A stretch of 60,516 nt of DNA, counting the filler, from Hausera hauseri (taxonomy: Eukaryota), in assembly GCA_046269625.1 (NCBI GenBank). It is 10 parts of 10 records of this genome, joined end to end, with 100 filler letters (N's around TTAATTAATTAA, not from the genome) between each part and the next. Parts side by side here need not be neighbours in the genome. Positions count along the whole stretch, not along the records: positions 32,321 to 41,592 come from JBJURY010412144.1; positions 41,693 to 45,911 come from JBJURY010693771.1; positions 46,012 to 50,142 come from JBJURY010741986.1; positions 50,243 to 60,516 come from JBJURY010211077.1; 6 more parts are not named here. The stretch is one strand, 5' to 3'. Shown here in pieces: positions 36,940 through 50,745 of the stretch; the stretch's first letter is position 1; every line of letters starts with the position of its first letter. Made by a program: the position numbers and the translations under genes. The notes beneath the pieces were generated by a model that was not told the origin of the DNA, did no database searches, and saw only the letters and a list, made by a program, of their open reading frames with translations.

Positions 36940-38340
36940 TTAATTAGCGCCAATATCCAAAACTAAAGGACTAGTAAATGAAGATCTGGTGGCTGCCGAT
37001 CGAGCTCCATGCATTAATGTCTTTTTCAGACCATTTAACAGATAATTGCGAATATCATTCGTCAACTCGGGAATAAATCGGCTTACTAATTTCAATGAGT
37101 AAATCAGTGGGAAATTAAGTCCCGCTTGAATCAGCGGTTCAATCATTACTTTAATGTCATCTCGAACTTTCTGTTGTCAACCAGTTGCAATAAGACCAAT
37201 AACGATATAAATCGACAATTCTAACAATGGCTGACGCTCTTTCGCATCTTTATTTGGTAGGTTCGACTTGATCAGATCAACCGCTCTTGGGAAATATTCG
37301 GTTTTTTCGAACTCAACTGGAATAATGTGTGCGATAATTCCAGTACTTAAATATGACGATGGTTTTTCACGATCTTTACGAATACACAAGTTCAGGAATT
37401 CCAATGAACGGTTCCTTTGAAATTCAAACGTTGAACTTGTATCCAGTGCAATAAATCTCGGTAATGCTTGAATTACAAGTTGGATTATATGGGGTTGTTT
37501 GAAATCAAAATTTTGGATAGCAATTTGCCATATCTCACTTAATTTCTCCTGCAACAATTTTCGACATAAATGAGACTGTTTGATTTTCGGACGATGCTGC
37601 AAAATGTGTTCCTCAATTTTACTATACGGCCATTCCATTCGACATGCAGCTATTGCTGCTGGAATTCCACACGGTAGAGTTGAATTTGTAAGTTGATCCA
37701 TCATCATGCCAATCATTTCCTCTATTCGTAATCGATTGCTTTCCATTTCGTCATTACATAATTTCAATAATTCATTTAACAGTAACAATGTCCCATGAAT
37801 CCAGGCATCCGGATTCAATTTACGAATGTTTATATGGAAATGAACTACATTTTCATCGGTATGATTACGGAGAATTTCTGCCAGACATTTACTGTACAAT
37901 TCGTGTGGCCAATCGCCCGATTCCATGGCATTGGTATCCGGTCCAACGTAATTTGCCGGCGGTTTACTGCTATGCTTCTGATTATGACTGCTGCCTAAAC
38001 TGTTCATTAGTCGTCCACTGCTTACATTAGGAGATGGACCATCAAACGATGTTTTTTGTTTACGTCGACTAATGCCTTCTCTTGTTGCTGTTACAGAAAA
38101 TGATGACGCTAAAGCTACAGCATATACTTTACGGACGCTACCCTGTTTGTCTCGAATCCGCATCAGAAAATATGTGATGACATGTGTTGCATACTGAAAT
38201 AAGTGTCGACGAATGCAGAGCAATTTCTTTCAGTGTTAATGCGGCGTATATTCGCTGAGCTTCCGACTTTGTATCGTCAACAACGACACTACGAGCCTCT
38301 TTAATTTTCGACTCAACTCGTTCGGTGGGCAGTATCAAAT
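36940..38340 (-). pseudogene. TOR: TOR kinase N-terminal HEAT-repeat fragment
   Basis: AALTLKEIA, RDKQGSVR, IHGTLLLLNELL, LPRFIA, IEPLIQAGL...IPELTNDI...LMH match mTOR N-terminus; frameshift ~38190, in-frame TGA 37177, no kinase domain. Confidence 0.8.
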
Positions 38341-40053
38341 TAAATTTCGCAACAAAACGTGCCTGCAAAGCGCTAATTTGAATGTCATTTGTGATAGATG
38401 TATTTTGTATTTGGTTAGATACTTTGACAAATTTACTGTGGAAAAATATGACGTCTGAATCCAAAACACAACCCAAACTTTTCAGAACAGCTCTTCTATC
38501 GGCCAATTTGTTCTTTTCAGATAATTTGAGACTCCAAAAACATTTTATCTTTTAAGTCATAAATGACGAAACTTGAAATCTTTTGCAGTTTTCAATTTCA
38601 CATCTTTAGCTTGTCCAATAATTGGTTGATGGCTGTTGTCAGAATTAAAGTAATTGGAGTGTTCAAATAACCGAAGGAATATGGTATGATTTCCAAATAC
38701 CCATTGAAATATGCTGCATATTTCACGTAGTGTCGTCCAAAATGAATTCCTAAGATTATGCTACCTTTACTATATTTTTCTTTGGCCAGCATATAACTTT
38801 TACAGCATATAAATACCATGAAATGAAATCCCTTTATAAAATTATGAGAGTGAATGATATTAAACGCGTTATAAAATTTGTTTTGTACTGCACTAATATA
38901 ATGGATCAGTAAAATACGACAACGTTCAGTATTAAATACGTGCCAGAAGCAATCAAATGGTAAATTTACCCACCTTATTTTCCCTTCGAGAGTCCAAAAA
39001 TCTGCAGTGTTCTGGATGAACGAATGAATGAGTGTCATCACGATGGTCGATCTTGGCGTATATTTACCATACGACTGTATCTTACACCATTGTCGATTTG
39101 TCCCCGACGTACAACAAATCTCATCAGTATAGTAAAATGTTTTGTAATTAAAATCAAACACACCTCAGAATGCCATTCCCGGCCACTATTCGTCGGGTCA
39201 GTGGGCACCGCGTAAAATTTAGATCCATAATACAAAGTATGCTTCATTTAACGGCAATATCTTGAAACTCAAAATGTAGAAATATAAATAATGATCAAAT
39301 AGGAGACAATTTCGTGAAGCAAAATCGAAAGTAATAATTTTTACATTTATAGCTGTACATGAAAACCTTTGGCATATTTAAACAAGCTAATATTGTTTTT
39401 ATGATGAATTCGGGCAAATCCGCCAAATGACGGATCTGGCACTTGTTTGTTTCGTGAAGGGATTTTTTCTCGGGTAAAGAAATATATTTAATAAATCACA
39501 TCATGCATATATAGAGCTAAAACACGTTCATGATTAAAAACTGATCACAGCTATTTGAATTTCCTGAATAATTACTTGTCGCGATTTAAGTCTATTAAAT
39601 TGTGATTTTGTACGATGAAATTCCTTTACATCAATGAATGAAACAAATTTTTCTTTGATAAACAAGGAAATTTGTTCTCCTCCACTTTACTGAGTAACGT
39701 TTGAAATAAATCCACTAAATACATTCCTCGCTTCCAAACTGTCAGTAGTAACTGAGGCAGACCTGGCTTTTTCTTCATCAATATCTTCGTCGGAATAATT
39801 ACTGGCCGATACTTTCACATCGCCAATGCCTTTCTCATCACCTTTAACATTACAATTATCATCCAGATAAATTCGCTTCTTTTGGACAAAAATTGACTAT
39901 CTGACGAATTGCTTTTATCCGAGCTCATTGGCTCATTGATGGAATCAACTGTCATTTCAGTGTAATATAATCCCATTTTTTCATGCTAGTTCAATTGCCG
40001 TTTTGTACTTTTGTGATTTAAATTTAACAGAAAATTTCGAACTGAAATGTTCT

Positions 40054-40284
40054 TTAAAATGTAACAATGATTTCAGTGGTAAATAGGATTGAGACGGCCA
40101 AACTAACAAAAGCCGACAAGCAAAAATCGAGGCGGCTATAATGGTCTGATTCCGTCGGAGTCGAGACGATGATTTGATTCATCCCAGCACCGCCACCGAA
40201 TAACATTGCGAAAAGGCTTTCAAATGGTCCCGAGCCAAGAAATTCCCGAAATACATCATTTGGGTCTTTGTTAAAGAGATTCAA
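40054..40284 (-). pseudogene. Possible DnaJ(B) G/F-region fragment
   Basis: DPNDVFREFLGSGPF...FGGGAG motif only; no J domain seen. Confidence 0.3.
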
Positions 40285-40689
40285 TCAAACCTGATACATT
40301 CGATTTGCATACGTGGCTTTTTGCAGTTGAGCAATTTTTAGTTCTTGTGGCACAGATCCCCGATGGATTTGATCCACCCGATTGCGGATTGTCTTACATT
40401 CGGGCAGCAGTGAATTACTGGCTGGAATCTTTGGTTGTTATTACTGCTGTTGCTATAACTGCAGTGATTGTTACAGTTGCTACTGTTACTGCGGGTCGTC
40501 GCCAACGAACTGTGATGGACGAGTCTGTGTCGGACAGGTCTTGTTTACGGCAAAGATCACCGGCTGTTTGTTGTGGGCATGGACAACGTACAAATTTGTA
40601 TACAGTTTATTCATCAGATCTTCCTCGTAAATAAACACCGAATGCGAGGTCGTGTTATTACTTCGTCGCATCAATTTAACGTCGTTATT

Positions 40690-41370
40690 CTAATACTGAT
40701 TGAAATCGTCGAAATATCTACGAAATCTCGCCATTGGATTGTCGACACGATGATTTCGCAATGCCACTCGGACGATTTCATCTTTCGTCGGCGAACCCAG
40801 TAGAGTAGGAGAAATCATGTCGTATGAAATGGAATCATAAACGTGTTCGTTGCAATATTTGTCGGTGTGGTTCATTGCGATATCCAGTTCGTTTGGTGGA
40901 TTGATTTCGTCCGATGGGATACTGTCAATTTCAAAATCACATTGGTCACTACCTTTAGAATCGGTAACACTGTTGCTATTCGTATTTAATGAAACCGAAC
41001 TACTCAGTACCGTCGACTGATCCCAAAATCGAATGGAATGTAAATCCTCATAATCATCTTGTTCTGTTGAAATATTTAATTTTTTATAATTGTTTTTCCA
41101 ATCGTTACGATTTGATCGAGAATGCTTTATATGACAACGATATTGGCGATAAAATTTCTGAATAATGATGGCAGATTTCGTTTCCAAATCCAAATCGGAT
41201 TTATCCATTTCATACGTTCGTTCGGAATCTTGCCTTTTTAATTTCTGGTCGACAAAATAAGGTGACGAGTTGTTTGTCGTTGGCGATTTAAAATATTTTG
41301 AGAATTAAAATTTGCGTTTCATTGCCATATGTCGGTTCATCGGAATCATAAATATTCTTTTCTTCAGGTT
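40690..41370 (-). CDS. Exon(s) of IQ-motif-containing protein
   Basis: SAIIIQKFYRQYR in a 172-aa ORF; gene model unresolved. Confidence 0.45.
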
Positions 41371-41889
41371 CTGCAAATGAAAATTTCGATATGTTGCAAT
41401 TTTCAATCATTTAATGTCTGATTTCAACTTAAGAATGAGGAATATAATGCGTAACACAAATTAAATTGCTTTGAATTTCACTTAGATACTTTAAGTTTAA
41501 TACGATTTAAACTTTAATATAACGAAAATTAAAAAGATAAGAATTAAAAGTAAAATATTAGCATTTGGCTTTAGAAAGTCACAATAATTTATNNNNNNNN
41601 NNNNNNNNNNNNNNNNNNNNNNNNNNNNNNNNNNNNTTAATTAATTAANNNNNNNNNNNNNNNNNNNNNNNNNNNNNNNNNNNNNNNNNNNNTTGTTACG
41701 AAATAAATGTGTTATGAAAACTAGTTGGTTTTTATAAGACATAAAGCATATAATGAAAAAACATGTATTAAATAACATTTACATAATAATCGTATCATCA
41801 CTGTCACTGTCACTGTCAGGTAAAAATTCATGTAGGAGTTTTATCAGGCGCCCTACCCATTTTACATAGAGGCACTGGTCTTCAGCATC

Positions 41890-42093
41890 CTAGACTACCA
41901 CAAACTCACACTTTTTTCTGCATAGCGGACAAGACATTTTACTGCTTAGCCATTTCTTCAGACAGCCTATGCAGAAAGTATATGTATCGCATGCTACCAA
42001 TCTCATTGTTTCATCCGACATCTGCTCCCAACAAATCGGACAAGTTTTCAAAATTTTGAAATAATGCAAGATTAATACAAGTACATGTCGCAC
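41890..42093 (-). CDS. Small RING-finger ORF downstream of pPolB (probably decayed)
   Basis: CPICWE...ACDTYTFCIGCLKKWLSSKMSCPLCRK; His ligand replaced by Tyr. Confidence 0.75.
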   Translation of the reverse strand: MRHVLVLILHYFKILKTCPICWEQMSDETMRLVACDTYTFCIGCLKKWLSSKMSCPLCRKKCEFVVV

Positions 42094-42263
42094 TGTGTTG
42101 ATTACTCAAAATTTATTGATTTTATTGATCTAAGTTTTACTTGGTCTTATCCTATATAGTAGTCACTTAGTTTTACTTGGCCTTATCCTATGTCCCATAC
42201 TACTTGATAAAGAAGACAACACGATATTCCTATACGACATTAATTAACAATGAAAAACAATAT

Positions 42264-45200
42264 TTACAATGACACATGTCCTTGAGGTAGTGTATTGATT
42301 CCATCGCTCAGCATCTGCCTCTTGTCATCCATGCAATCTAGGTTTTTCTTATGCAGTGTTATTGTTTGGATGTTATGATCCATAGATAGGATCCATTTCA
42401 TTTCTGAAATGATGAGTCTGCTTCTGCAGAACTGTCACATAGTTCTGAAAACTGATCTTCTTGTCTAAGGTAGTCCTTTGAACTCCCTGGCTCTCTTTTT
42501 GATCTGCCTACATACGTCTAGGACATATATTTTATACCTGAGAGCCACAAATCTCGAGATGATTGATCCATTCATCTCGTCTTTGAATTTCCCAAGGACC
42601 TTTTGTTGGCAGTTGAGTAGTTTGGGTGTTCCTTTGGATAAACCGAGGTATCCATGTGTTGAGCCAATTGGGCAAAGTCCTCAAAAATATCCTCTGTATG
42701 AATCTGATATATAAAACTATCAGTATCCATATACATCAGTTGCAAGGACTTGAACTTGGAAACCATGATGCCGTAGTAGAAATTATAAATCAGGGTCTTT
42801 TACAGGTCGTGGATTGCCATACCCACATATATTGGATTCTTGAATACCATTGCTGTTTTCAGCATATAGATGCCTGCCAAGTTTTCCGTATATATTTTGC
42901 TGCTATGGAAGTTAAGCTTGGCAATAAGCTTCTTTGCCCGCTTCTAGTCACATACTAGCTCAATGTTGAACCTGTTGCGGATATTCTCCATGGACTTGCC
43001 AAAGACCGAGTTGTTGTAAAGATTAAACGGGTCCTTCTCAAAGTCCCTCTTCGCATTTGTCCTTAGCTTCGTATTGAGATCTATGTATGACTGCAGCCAC
43101 ATGGACTGGTTGAACTGCAGAGCTCTATAAATCTTGGTAATACGAAGTCCATATCTAACAGCTTGCTGTAAACTAATGTAGTAAACTACATACCTCTCCC
43201 TATTATCCAGATGACAAAGCAGCTTTCTCTACTTTCCATGGGGCGGAAGCCTCCTCACAGGGAGAAAAGGCAGATGTTGATGCCTTGCGTGGATGGAAGC
43301 CGGATATTCCATATCTACCTCCAGTATGTATCCCGTATCCCCAGTGGGACCTAGGTCTAATATAGTAATGATTTCAGGATTTTCGACCTATTTGAAGTTA
43401 CCATATGGCAATGGGGCATTCAGGTATAAAGCAGCACGTACATCTTGAGGTAAATATCACTGTATTGCCTTAATGTACGGCATTGAAATGCCTTCCAGAC
43501 GTTCTGAGCATGCTGGTAGTCAGCATCACTGATATCGCAATCAGAGAGGATATTGCAAAAGTCGTTCCTGGCTGGCAACGAGGTCTCATCCAGTGTTTCC
43601 CACGAAGTTATGTAGTCATAGGGAAACTCACCTTTCCTCTTGACTAGGTCAAATGCAGTGAGGAAAAACCGCTTCGTCTCCTTGAGTTCTTCTGTTGGGA
43701 GGTTCTTCACTAAACTGTCCAGTAAAGACGACATGAAACGAAAGCTGTCTATGAAGCGAAGACTAATTTTACCAACATGCTTAGTGAAGGTGATATATTT
43801 CTCCTTACTGTTTGGGATCACGTCTATATTACCATCAATGGTGCCTAATTCTCGGACTATAAAATAGGAATCACAACCACTGAGATTATGAAACACTACA
43901 AGTACATATGTGCATGTTTTTCAGAGAAGACTGCAGTTGTTGCATGCTGCTCCTCAATATGCATCTGGCAAATGGCAGTGATCCTTGACTTTCCAATTTT
44001 CCTTGATTAAGGACTTTTTACACAAGTAACATGCTGTTGCCTTAAGCCATTCTTCTTCTTGTTTCCACGACATGCTTATATTATCCTTGTGCTGCTGAAG
44101 CATGTTTTCAAGCTTATGAGCCATGTCTTCAAGTCTTTTCATGAAATGTGCTGCTGCACCTGGACCTCTGAATAGAAATGGTTCTCTGTCCAGTCCTTTG
44201 GCATACATGATATTAGTATGCCGTTGTGCTGCTATGTTGAAGACTGGGAGTGCATCTGTCAACTGGCCGAAGAATAGCTTCAATTCGCAACAGATAACTA
44301 TTGGGACCTTGATCTTTTTCTCGAACTCCTTGAATTCAATGTAGCCCTCTTTGGGAAATTCTGACCTTACACAGTAATTGTTGTTGCGGTACATCTTGTG
44401 CTCTAAAAGCTTGTCCACTGCTCAATCACCACTAAAATGACACAGACATCGCTTACATATTTCTATTTGTCCATGATGATTCGTAATTTGGGATCTGACT
44501 AGACGCTTAAAATTCCTTATCCAAACATAATTTTCCTTTTCTCCATCGTCTAGCAAAAGCAGATCCCTATGATTTTCCAATTCATTTTCACATATCTGCA
44601 GGGGATAGAATTTATCTTCCTCATCCAATCCAAAGATGTTGGTTGATATGTTGTTGATTCGACTGAACTTCTTAATTTCATCTAAGGATGGAGGGAATGT
44701 GATACATTAGAAGTCATAATTGTGCTGTACATCCATATATTGCCAAACTTGTAAAGCATTATGTTGATCCGGTACGAGTTTTGATAGAATGGCATACATG
44801 AAACACATGTTGACATTATTATGGACATTGATACATGCTTTTTTATTAGCGATCCAATCAGGGAGTTGAATATATGATCTACCCCGCATGGGAGAGAATC
44901 TTTACACATACACAAGCAATCTCTTGATGGTTGCCAGAGTCCATCCGCTCTTCTTATTTTGGCTCTCATCGGCTTTACGGATCAGCTTTGCATACTCTTC
45001 ACGCAGGCATTCTACTATATTGGTGGCTTCAAAAATTGGTCTATTTCTGTTTTTGAAGGCCCTTTTGGACTCTTCGCCATCAACATTGACGTATGTGGCC
45101 TCAAGTTTCATATTAGCCTTAATGACCTTGAGCTTAGTTATGTTGTCCTGGAGAATCCCTATTTTTTCGTCCTCTATGTATTCCAGGAACGCCTTGATGG

Positions 45201-45750
45201 TTGTTTGACCAGTTGCATCAATGACATATTTGCGGCATTTCCTCTTTAATGCTGCAGCATTAACGGGCCCTTGTCTTTGACTCTTTGATGGAGCCGGTGC
45301 ATCTGATGCGCGTGATGCGCGTCATGGGTCTGTTGCGCGTTTTAATCCTGCATCTGGCTGTACTGCTATTGCAGGCTGTGCAACTGGCTTATGTTCATTA
45401 AAGATGATCTTCTTTCACTTTGATGTGAAGTCAGTTAAATGATGTTTGTGATCTTTATAAAACTGTATGTACTCTCTACCACATACAGTCTCACATCCTG
45501 GACAGATATAAAAAATGATCCTATTAAATTTGTGTCTATAATAGCTCCTCATGGTATTGTGCCAATTTTGAGGCTTGTGGGTTTCACATGTGCAATACAT
45601 ATATGAACTCCACAATATATTTTCCTTTGGCATCAAAGTCGTTATTGGCATATTGGTACTGAATATTTGTTTTTATCGACTTGGTGAAGGAAATCAAGTG
45701 CTGTTTATGGACATTGTAAGGCTTCATAATTTGGTTTGGCAAACTAGTAG
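42264..45750 (-). mobile_element. pPolB element copy 3 (decayed), including Cys/His-rich N-terminal domain
   Basis: Collinear with copy 2; KVKDHCH, FIDSFRFM, RKGEFPYDY, YMDTDS, C-terminal DDKR...NTLPQGH stop at 42264. Confidence 0.9.
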
Positions 45751-46099
45751 GGAGAAAATGTGTCTTCGGTCACACCCGGGGGGGGGGGAGGCGTAATCGA
45801 TAAATCGATTTTGCACGTGCCCATCGATAGTGCACACTGTGCACTATAGATCCAGAAAGTGCCTAACAATGGTGCCGCTAGGCACAGTTGTTAAGGGCAA
45901 TTTTGCACTTTNNNNNNNNNNNNNNNNNNNNNNNNNNNNNNNNNNNNNNNNNNNNTTAATTAATTAANNNNNNNNNNNNNNNNNNNNNNNNNNNNNNNNN
46001 NNNNNNNNNNNATTTTATTTTAAGTATTTAAATTTTATTAGTAAATAATATTTTTTCTCTTTTGTAAGGTGGAACCTTACAATGAGCTTGAAATATTTC

Positions 46100-46700
46100 A
46101 AACAAATTTGGTCGGGGAATGTTTATATCATCATATCGACTCAAAAATAAGTTTACGAATGAATAGAGCGCATGCTGCACGCACTCGACTGCTGTGATTT
46201 ACCTTCAGTGTTTTGATGACAGTTGTAACAGCCTCGTAAATAACTGAACTCGTGCCCAAATCCAACTGACAAAATAGTTCGACCAACTTTGCCATGGATG
46301 ATGCACGAACTAATTCTTTAGTGTCTCGCAGACCGACAAGCAGTGATGGCATAACGCAGTCACGATACTGCACAGCAGTGGCACCCAGATTACGGATTAT
46401 TTTCATATAGGTTTCACTGAGATTCGACCAGTTTTCGACCGAATCTTCGTTCATATCACCCAACATCGATAAGTTGTGAATGGCCCTCAGGTAGACATAC
46501 GAGTCTGCATGGAACAACAAATTACAGCAAATTTGATAAATCGTCTGTGTGTTGTCAATAGCTGCCTTGTTCTTTTCGCGGTTTCGGTAATTGTTCAGCG
46601 TAACTGCTGGAGCTGACAAATTGCAAATCATTAAAAACAGATATTGATCGATGTTTCTCTGCAATTATTGTAGAGTTGAGAATTATATCAACATCAATGG
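46100..46700 (-). pseudogene. TANGO6: TANGO6/RTP1-like C-terminal fragment
   Basis: HADSYVYLRAI, RNLGATAVQYRD, GLRDTKELVRASSMAKLVEL, RVRAA; intactness uncertain. Confidence 0.65.
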
Positions 46701-48577
46701 TATCATTTCAAGAATCCTGCGAGGAATCAATGAAGTTCACTTTAATAATTGCCTGTTGTATTTTCAATGACTCGCCAGACTGGAAAATATATGGCATGAT
46801 GTACAGATGAGGCGACTATCTACGATTGAGGATGAGATTTCGGCACATTAAGACAATTCTACTTGAATATTATTCTGATAGTATGAATATCATTTCGTTA
46901 GACAAATGTTCTTTGTGAAAGAGATTCAATGCAACGATTTGATTCGTATTTACATGTGAACACAAATCATATTGAAGAAAGTGTATAGCAAAGATCGGAT
47001 ATGCATATCAAGATGCAAATACTTCTGTTCCGACGAGGGTTTAAAATGTTTGCGAAACTTCAACACATTTGGTGTTGTTGATGCTGATGATGCAAATATA
47101 TCAGTGGCCGATATGAGACGTTGTGCAGTGCTTGAATATGTCAGCAAATATGGACGAATGTTTGACCTGGAACTCGTCATATTCGGCTGTGAAAATTGAA
47201 CTGACTGAGGGTTCGAAAATATTCGCATGGCAGGTCACAGATTTCGTGACGAATTATTCGGATTATGACCAACAGAGGGAATAGCGAGATTATAACCTTG
47301 CCAACTGTTTGCTGGATGTGACGCAGACTGCTTTGATGTGGTTTGACTCTTGTCATTGAACCGGTAGTATTTGGAGCATCGCTGTTGTATTCTGTTATAT
47401 ATGCTACTCGTTACAGCATCATCACTGTCAGATCTTATTTCCAGTATTGTGAAGTGGTAGAGATGTTCTAATTAAATTCGTGAAGCGGGAAATCGGGCCC
47501 GACGCGGCGGCGACGGACGCCCGGCCGTGTCCAACCTAATGGGCCAGAGGGCCCCGGCCGCTGTGGGCACCACAGGCAGTTGGTAATTTTAACGGCATCA
47601 AATGAGCCAACAGACGAAGATAAAACCCACAGCCAGAACCGACTTGAATACAGTTCAGCTACCGCCATATCGGTGAGAACAAAAGTTATTCCCGCGACCA
47701 ACGCAATAGTGGCACTTTTTCGCCATTTTGCCAGTTGTGCTAATTTATTGAACTCCATGGGTATTCGTTACAAGTATAAAGTTATTAAACCAGATCAATA
47801 TTTATTATTAACTTTTGTTTAGAAATTAAGTCTGTTCGAATATACGTTTATTTATGGATACTGATCTGTACGCATCCAGGCTTCAAATTAAAGAGAGACC
47901 AGTGCAGCCTACAAATATCCATCGACAAATGCTCAGTACATAAGTTATTACATAAGAGAACAAGTGTCAAACCTCAACAAAAATTTGTGTAGTCAAATTT
48001 ATTACAAATTTCATTAACATCATCTTAGATTCAAACCGGCAAACATTTTGAAATTTTGGCGATACAAAGTCGATGTAAATACATATCTTTGCATAGAATC
48101 AAAAATGCTTCATGTCCAAGAAAACTAATATATATAGTATATTGAATGCGACACACAATCAAGGTTAATCCATACAATATTGTATCTAATATACTTGAAT
48201 TTAAATATTTTTGATTAGTTTTATTGGGCAAGAAGTATTTTTTGTTCCTATACAAGGATATATCAACTTCTTTCATCAAAAATACATTTTCATTTTTTAC
48301 TTCTTTGAAACTATACGGCGTCATTACGTTTACAATTTATTGAATATATTAATGAAATGCTATGTACTGAAATTTAGATTTCGTAAACTGAAATTGTTTG
48401 TATCATTTTATGAAAAAATATTGTAAGAATAAAATACTTTTCACTTTATCGCAGAGAGATCAAACGTATTACATTATTTATTAATCAAATGTAGAAATAT
48501 TATTGAAAAGTCGCAAAATTATAACAACATTTAAATCGAATAAGAACTCAAAAAGAACTCGAACATTTAATTCTACA

Positions 48578-49490
48578 TTACAACGGTCTCGGTCGTTTCA
48601 ATCCATTTGGATAACGTTTCCGAAACCTCTCAACAACTTCCGGATCGACTAACTTAGTACCTTCCAACTGGTTGCCTAAAGTAATCCTAAAGCCAATAAG
48701 AAAAACGTCTAATCCAAAGTATTACCAATTAGGCTGTAGATTATGCGGTCTTCCAAATAATTCTAATTTCCTAGTTCCCGGAGACAGCCGTTCAATAATT
48801 CCATAAATTTCATCAGGTTTATGACTAGTTTCCCGGACCTCAGAAACAATGACATCGCAATCAAGACCTCTGTTCATTCCCTGAGTAATGCTAATCAATG
48901 CAAATAACAGGAAATGGCCACTTTAGGATTCCCCTTAACACCAACAAGACAATGCTCCTTGCCATGGTTCAGCCAGTGGCCTGTTCGACCAGTTCTAATG
49001 ATTCGCTGCAGTTGGTTTGTCTTGACCCAGATTATCTCTTCAAGGCAATCATAACCCCACAGACGCAGACATTCGCGGCCTTGTTCCATGGCTCTAGACA
49101 GATAAATGTACATTGCCGTAAAAGGTTCATTTCTTACACACCTGCCAGTCACCCACAAGAAAATATATCCTTCAATCTGCAGACAGGGAATATCAAGTCG
49201 GCGCATTTCTTCGTCACTCATCGTACCGTATGGTAATTCCATATGAATATCCCATGGTGGATCGGCCATAATTACCGCAAATTTACCAAGAATGGACATG
49301 TCCAATTCTCGAATGTCACATTCGATCCACTTAAAATTCCCATTGAATACATAGAGATGGCCATTGCCTTTACCTGAGGCTGATATAAAGTGGTTGTGTC
49401 AACGGGCTGACGACTAACAGAGTTTGAGTAGTTCTCAATAAGGGTGTCCGATTGTGGCATGTCAGGTTGATTGATTTCATAATGAACATA
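48578..49490 (-). CDS. METTL3: m6A methyltransferase catalytic subunit; exons 49490-49374, 49329-49142, 49093-48922, 48880-48726, 48686-48578 (5' exons unresolved)
   Basis: [71 protein letters not shown]; GT-AG introns of 44, 48, 41, 39 nt restore the frame. Confidence 0.95.
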
Positions 49491-50745
49491 CTGAAATAAT
49501 AGATGTATAAAAATGACCAGATATGTAGAGAATTCGTGCACCGGAAATTCATAACATAAGGGAAAGAAGACACTATCAGTCTGCAAAATTTAAAAACGAA
49601 ACATTATGCTTGCCAGAAATTCGAATTTTTAAAGTATGCTTCAAATGCACTCAAAACCGGTCTGAATCTGAACGAAAATGTGCATTGTAAAAACTTTTGC
49701 TTAATAAACCATATATGATTCAAAACAACTCAATTAATTTATTTACCAAAATGCACGTCTGTAAAATGTAAAAGAAAAGAAATAAAATTGACGCAATTCA
49801 CAAATGATTTTGTTACAAAAATATGACAGTCATAACACTTATATTGCCAGATATATAGAATTTATCAAAGTACAACTAGATCAATGAAATTGAGTTATTT
49901 AAAATTTTTCCCTCCAAAATTACGTTTTTAAAGTTATAGGTTCACAATTTCCAGAATAAATAAACAGTTCATCATTTTATGTTGTATTACGAAAATAAAC
50001 TATGCTTATATAGTTAATTATTGTTGGCCGCGGACGCATCCACGCCGTTCACGTCATCGCCAGCCGGTGTAGGGTTGGAAAATACCCGCCCTCTGGTATG
50101 TCTGCTGAATCAGAGTTGGATTGATTGAGATTACTCATTGAANNNNNNNNNNNNNNNNNNNNNNNNNNNNNNNNNNNNNNNNNNNNTTAATTAATTAANN
50201 NNNNNNNNNNNNNNNNNNNNNNNNNNNNNNNNNNNNNNNNNNAAATCGACTATAATGGAGACCTAATCAGAGAATTGAGACGAATGTCTATGCCGACCTT
50301 TAGTACGGATAATGGGGAACTGAACGAACTGATCAAAGACTTAATACGAATAGTAACCTACTCTAGCCTCGGCAGTGATGTATTAGATGAGAAAGAGAAA
50401 GCCATATCGAACGCCTCAAAGGCCATGAAAGGTCTTCGATGTAAATTATCCAGAAGTACTTTAAGCGATAAAATAATAATCGAGAAGATTATGGTAGAAA
50501 ATGCCGTAGAAGAATTACGAAAAGCATTATTATATCTGGTCATTAAAACTAACCCAAACCGGGAAAATGAATTCAACCAAGCTACTAAATTGGCGAGAAG
50601 GGCTGCTAGGAAGCTACCCCGAGAAGTGAATTGCTCTAAGCTATTCGAAAAAGAGAAAGAACATCAGAGTGGATTCTTCTTCGATAACAATAGATTCGGA
50701 GATCTGCTATTAAATGTAACTGGAAATCGCAGAGGAAATGAATTG

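Noticed and set aside
38598-39247. 187-aa ORF upstream of TOR fragment
   Set aside because: No recognisable motif or homolog in the window; cannot support a call
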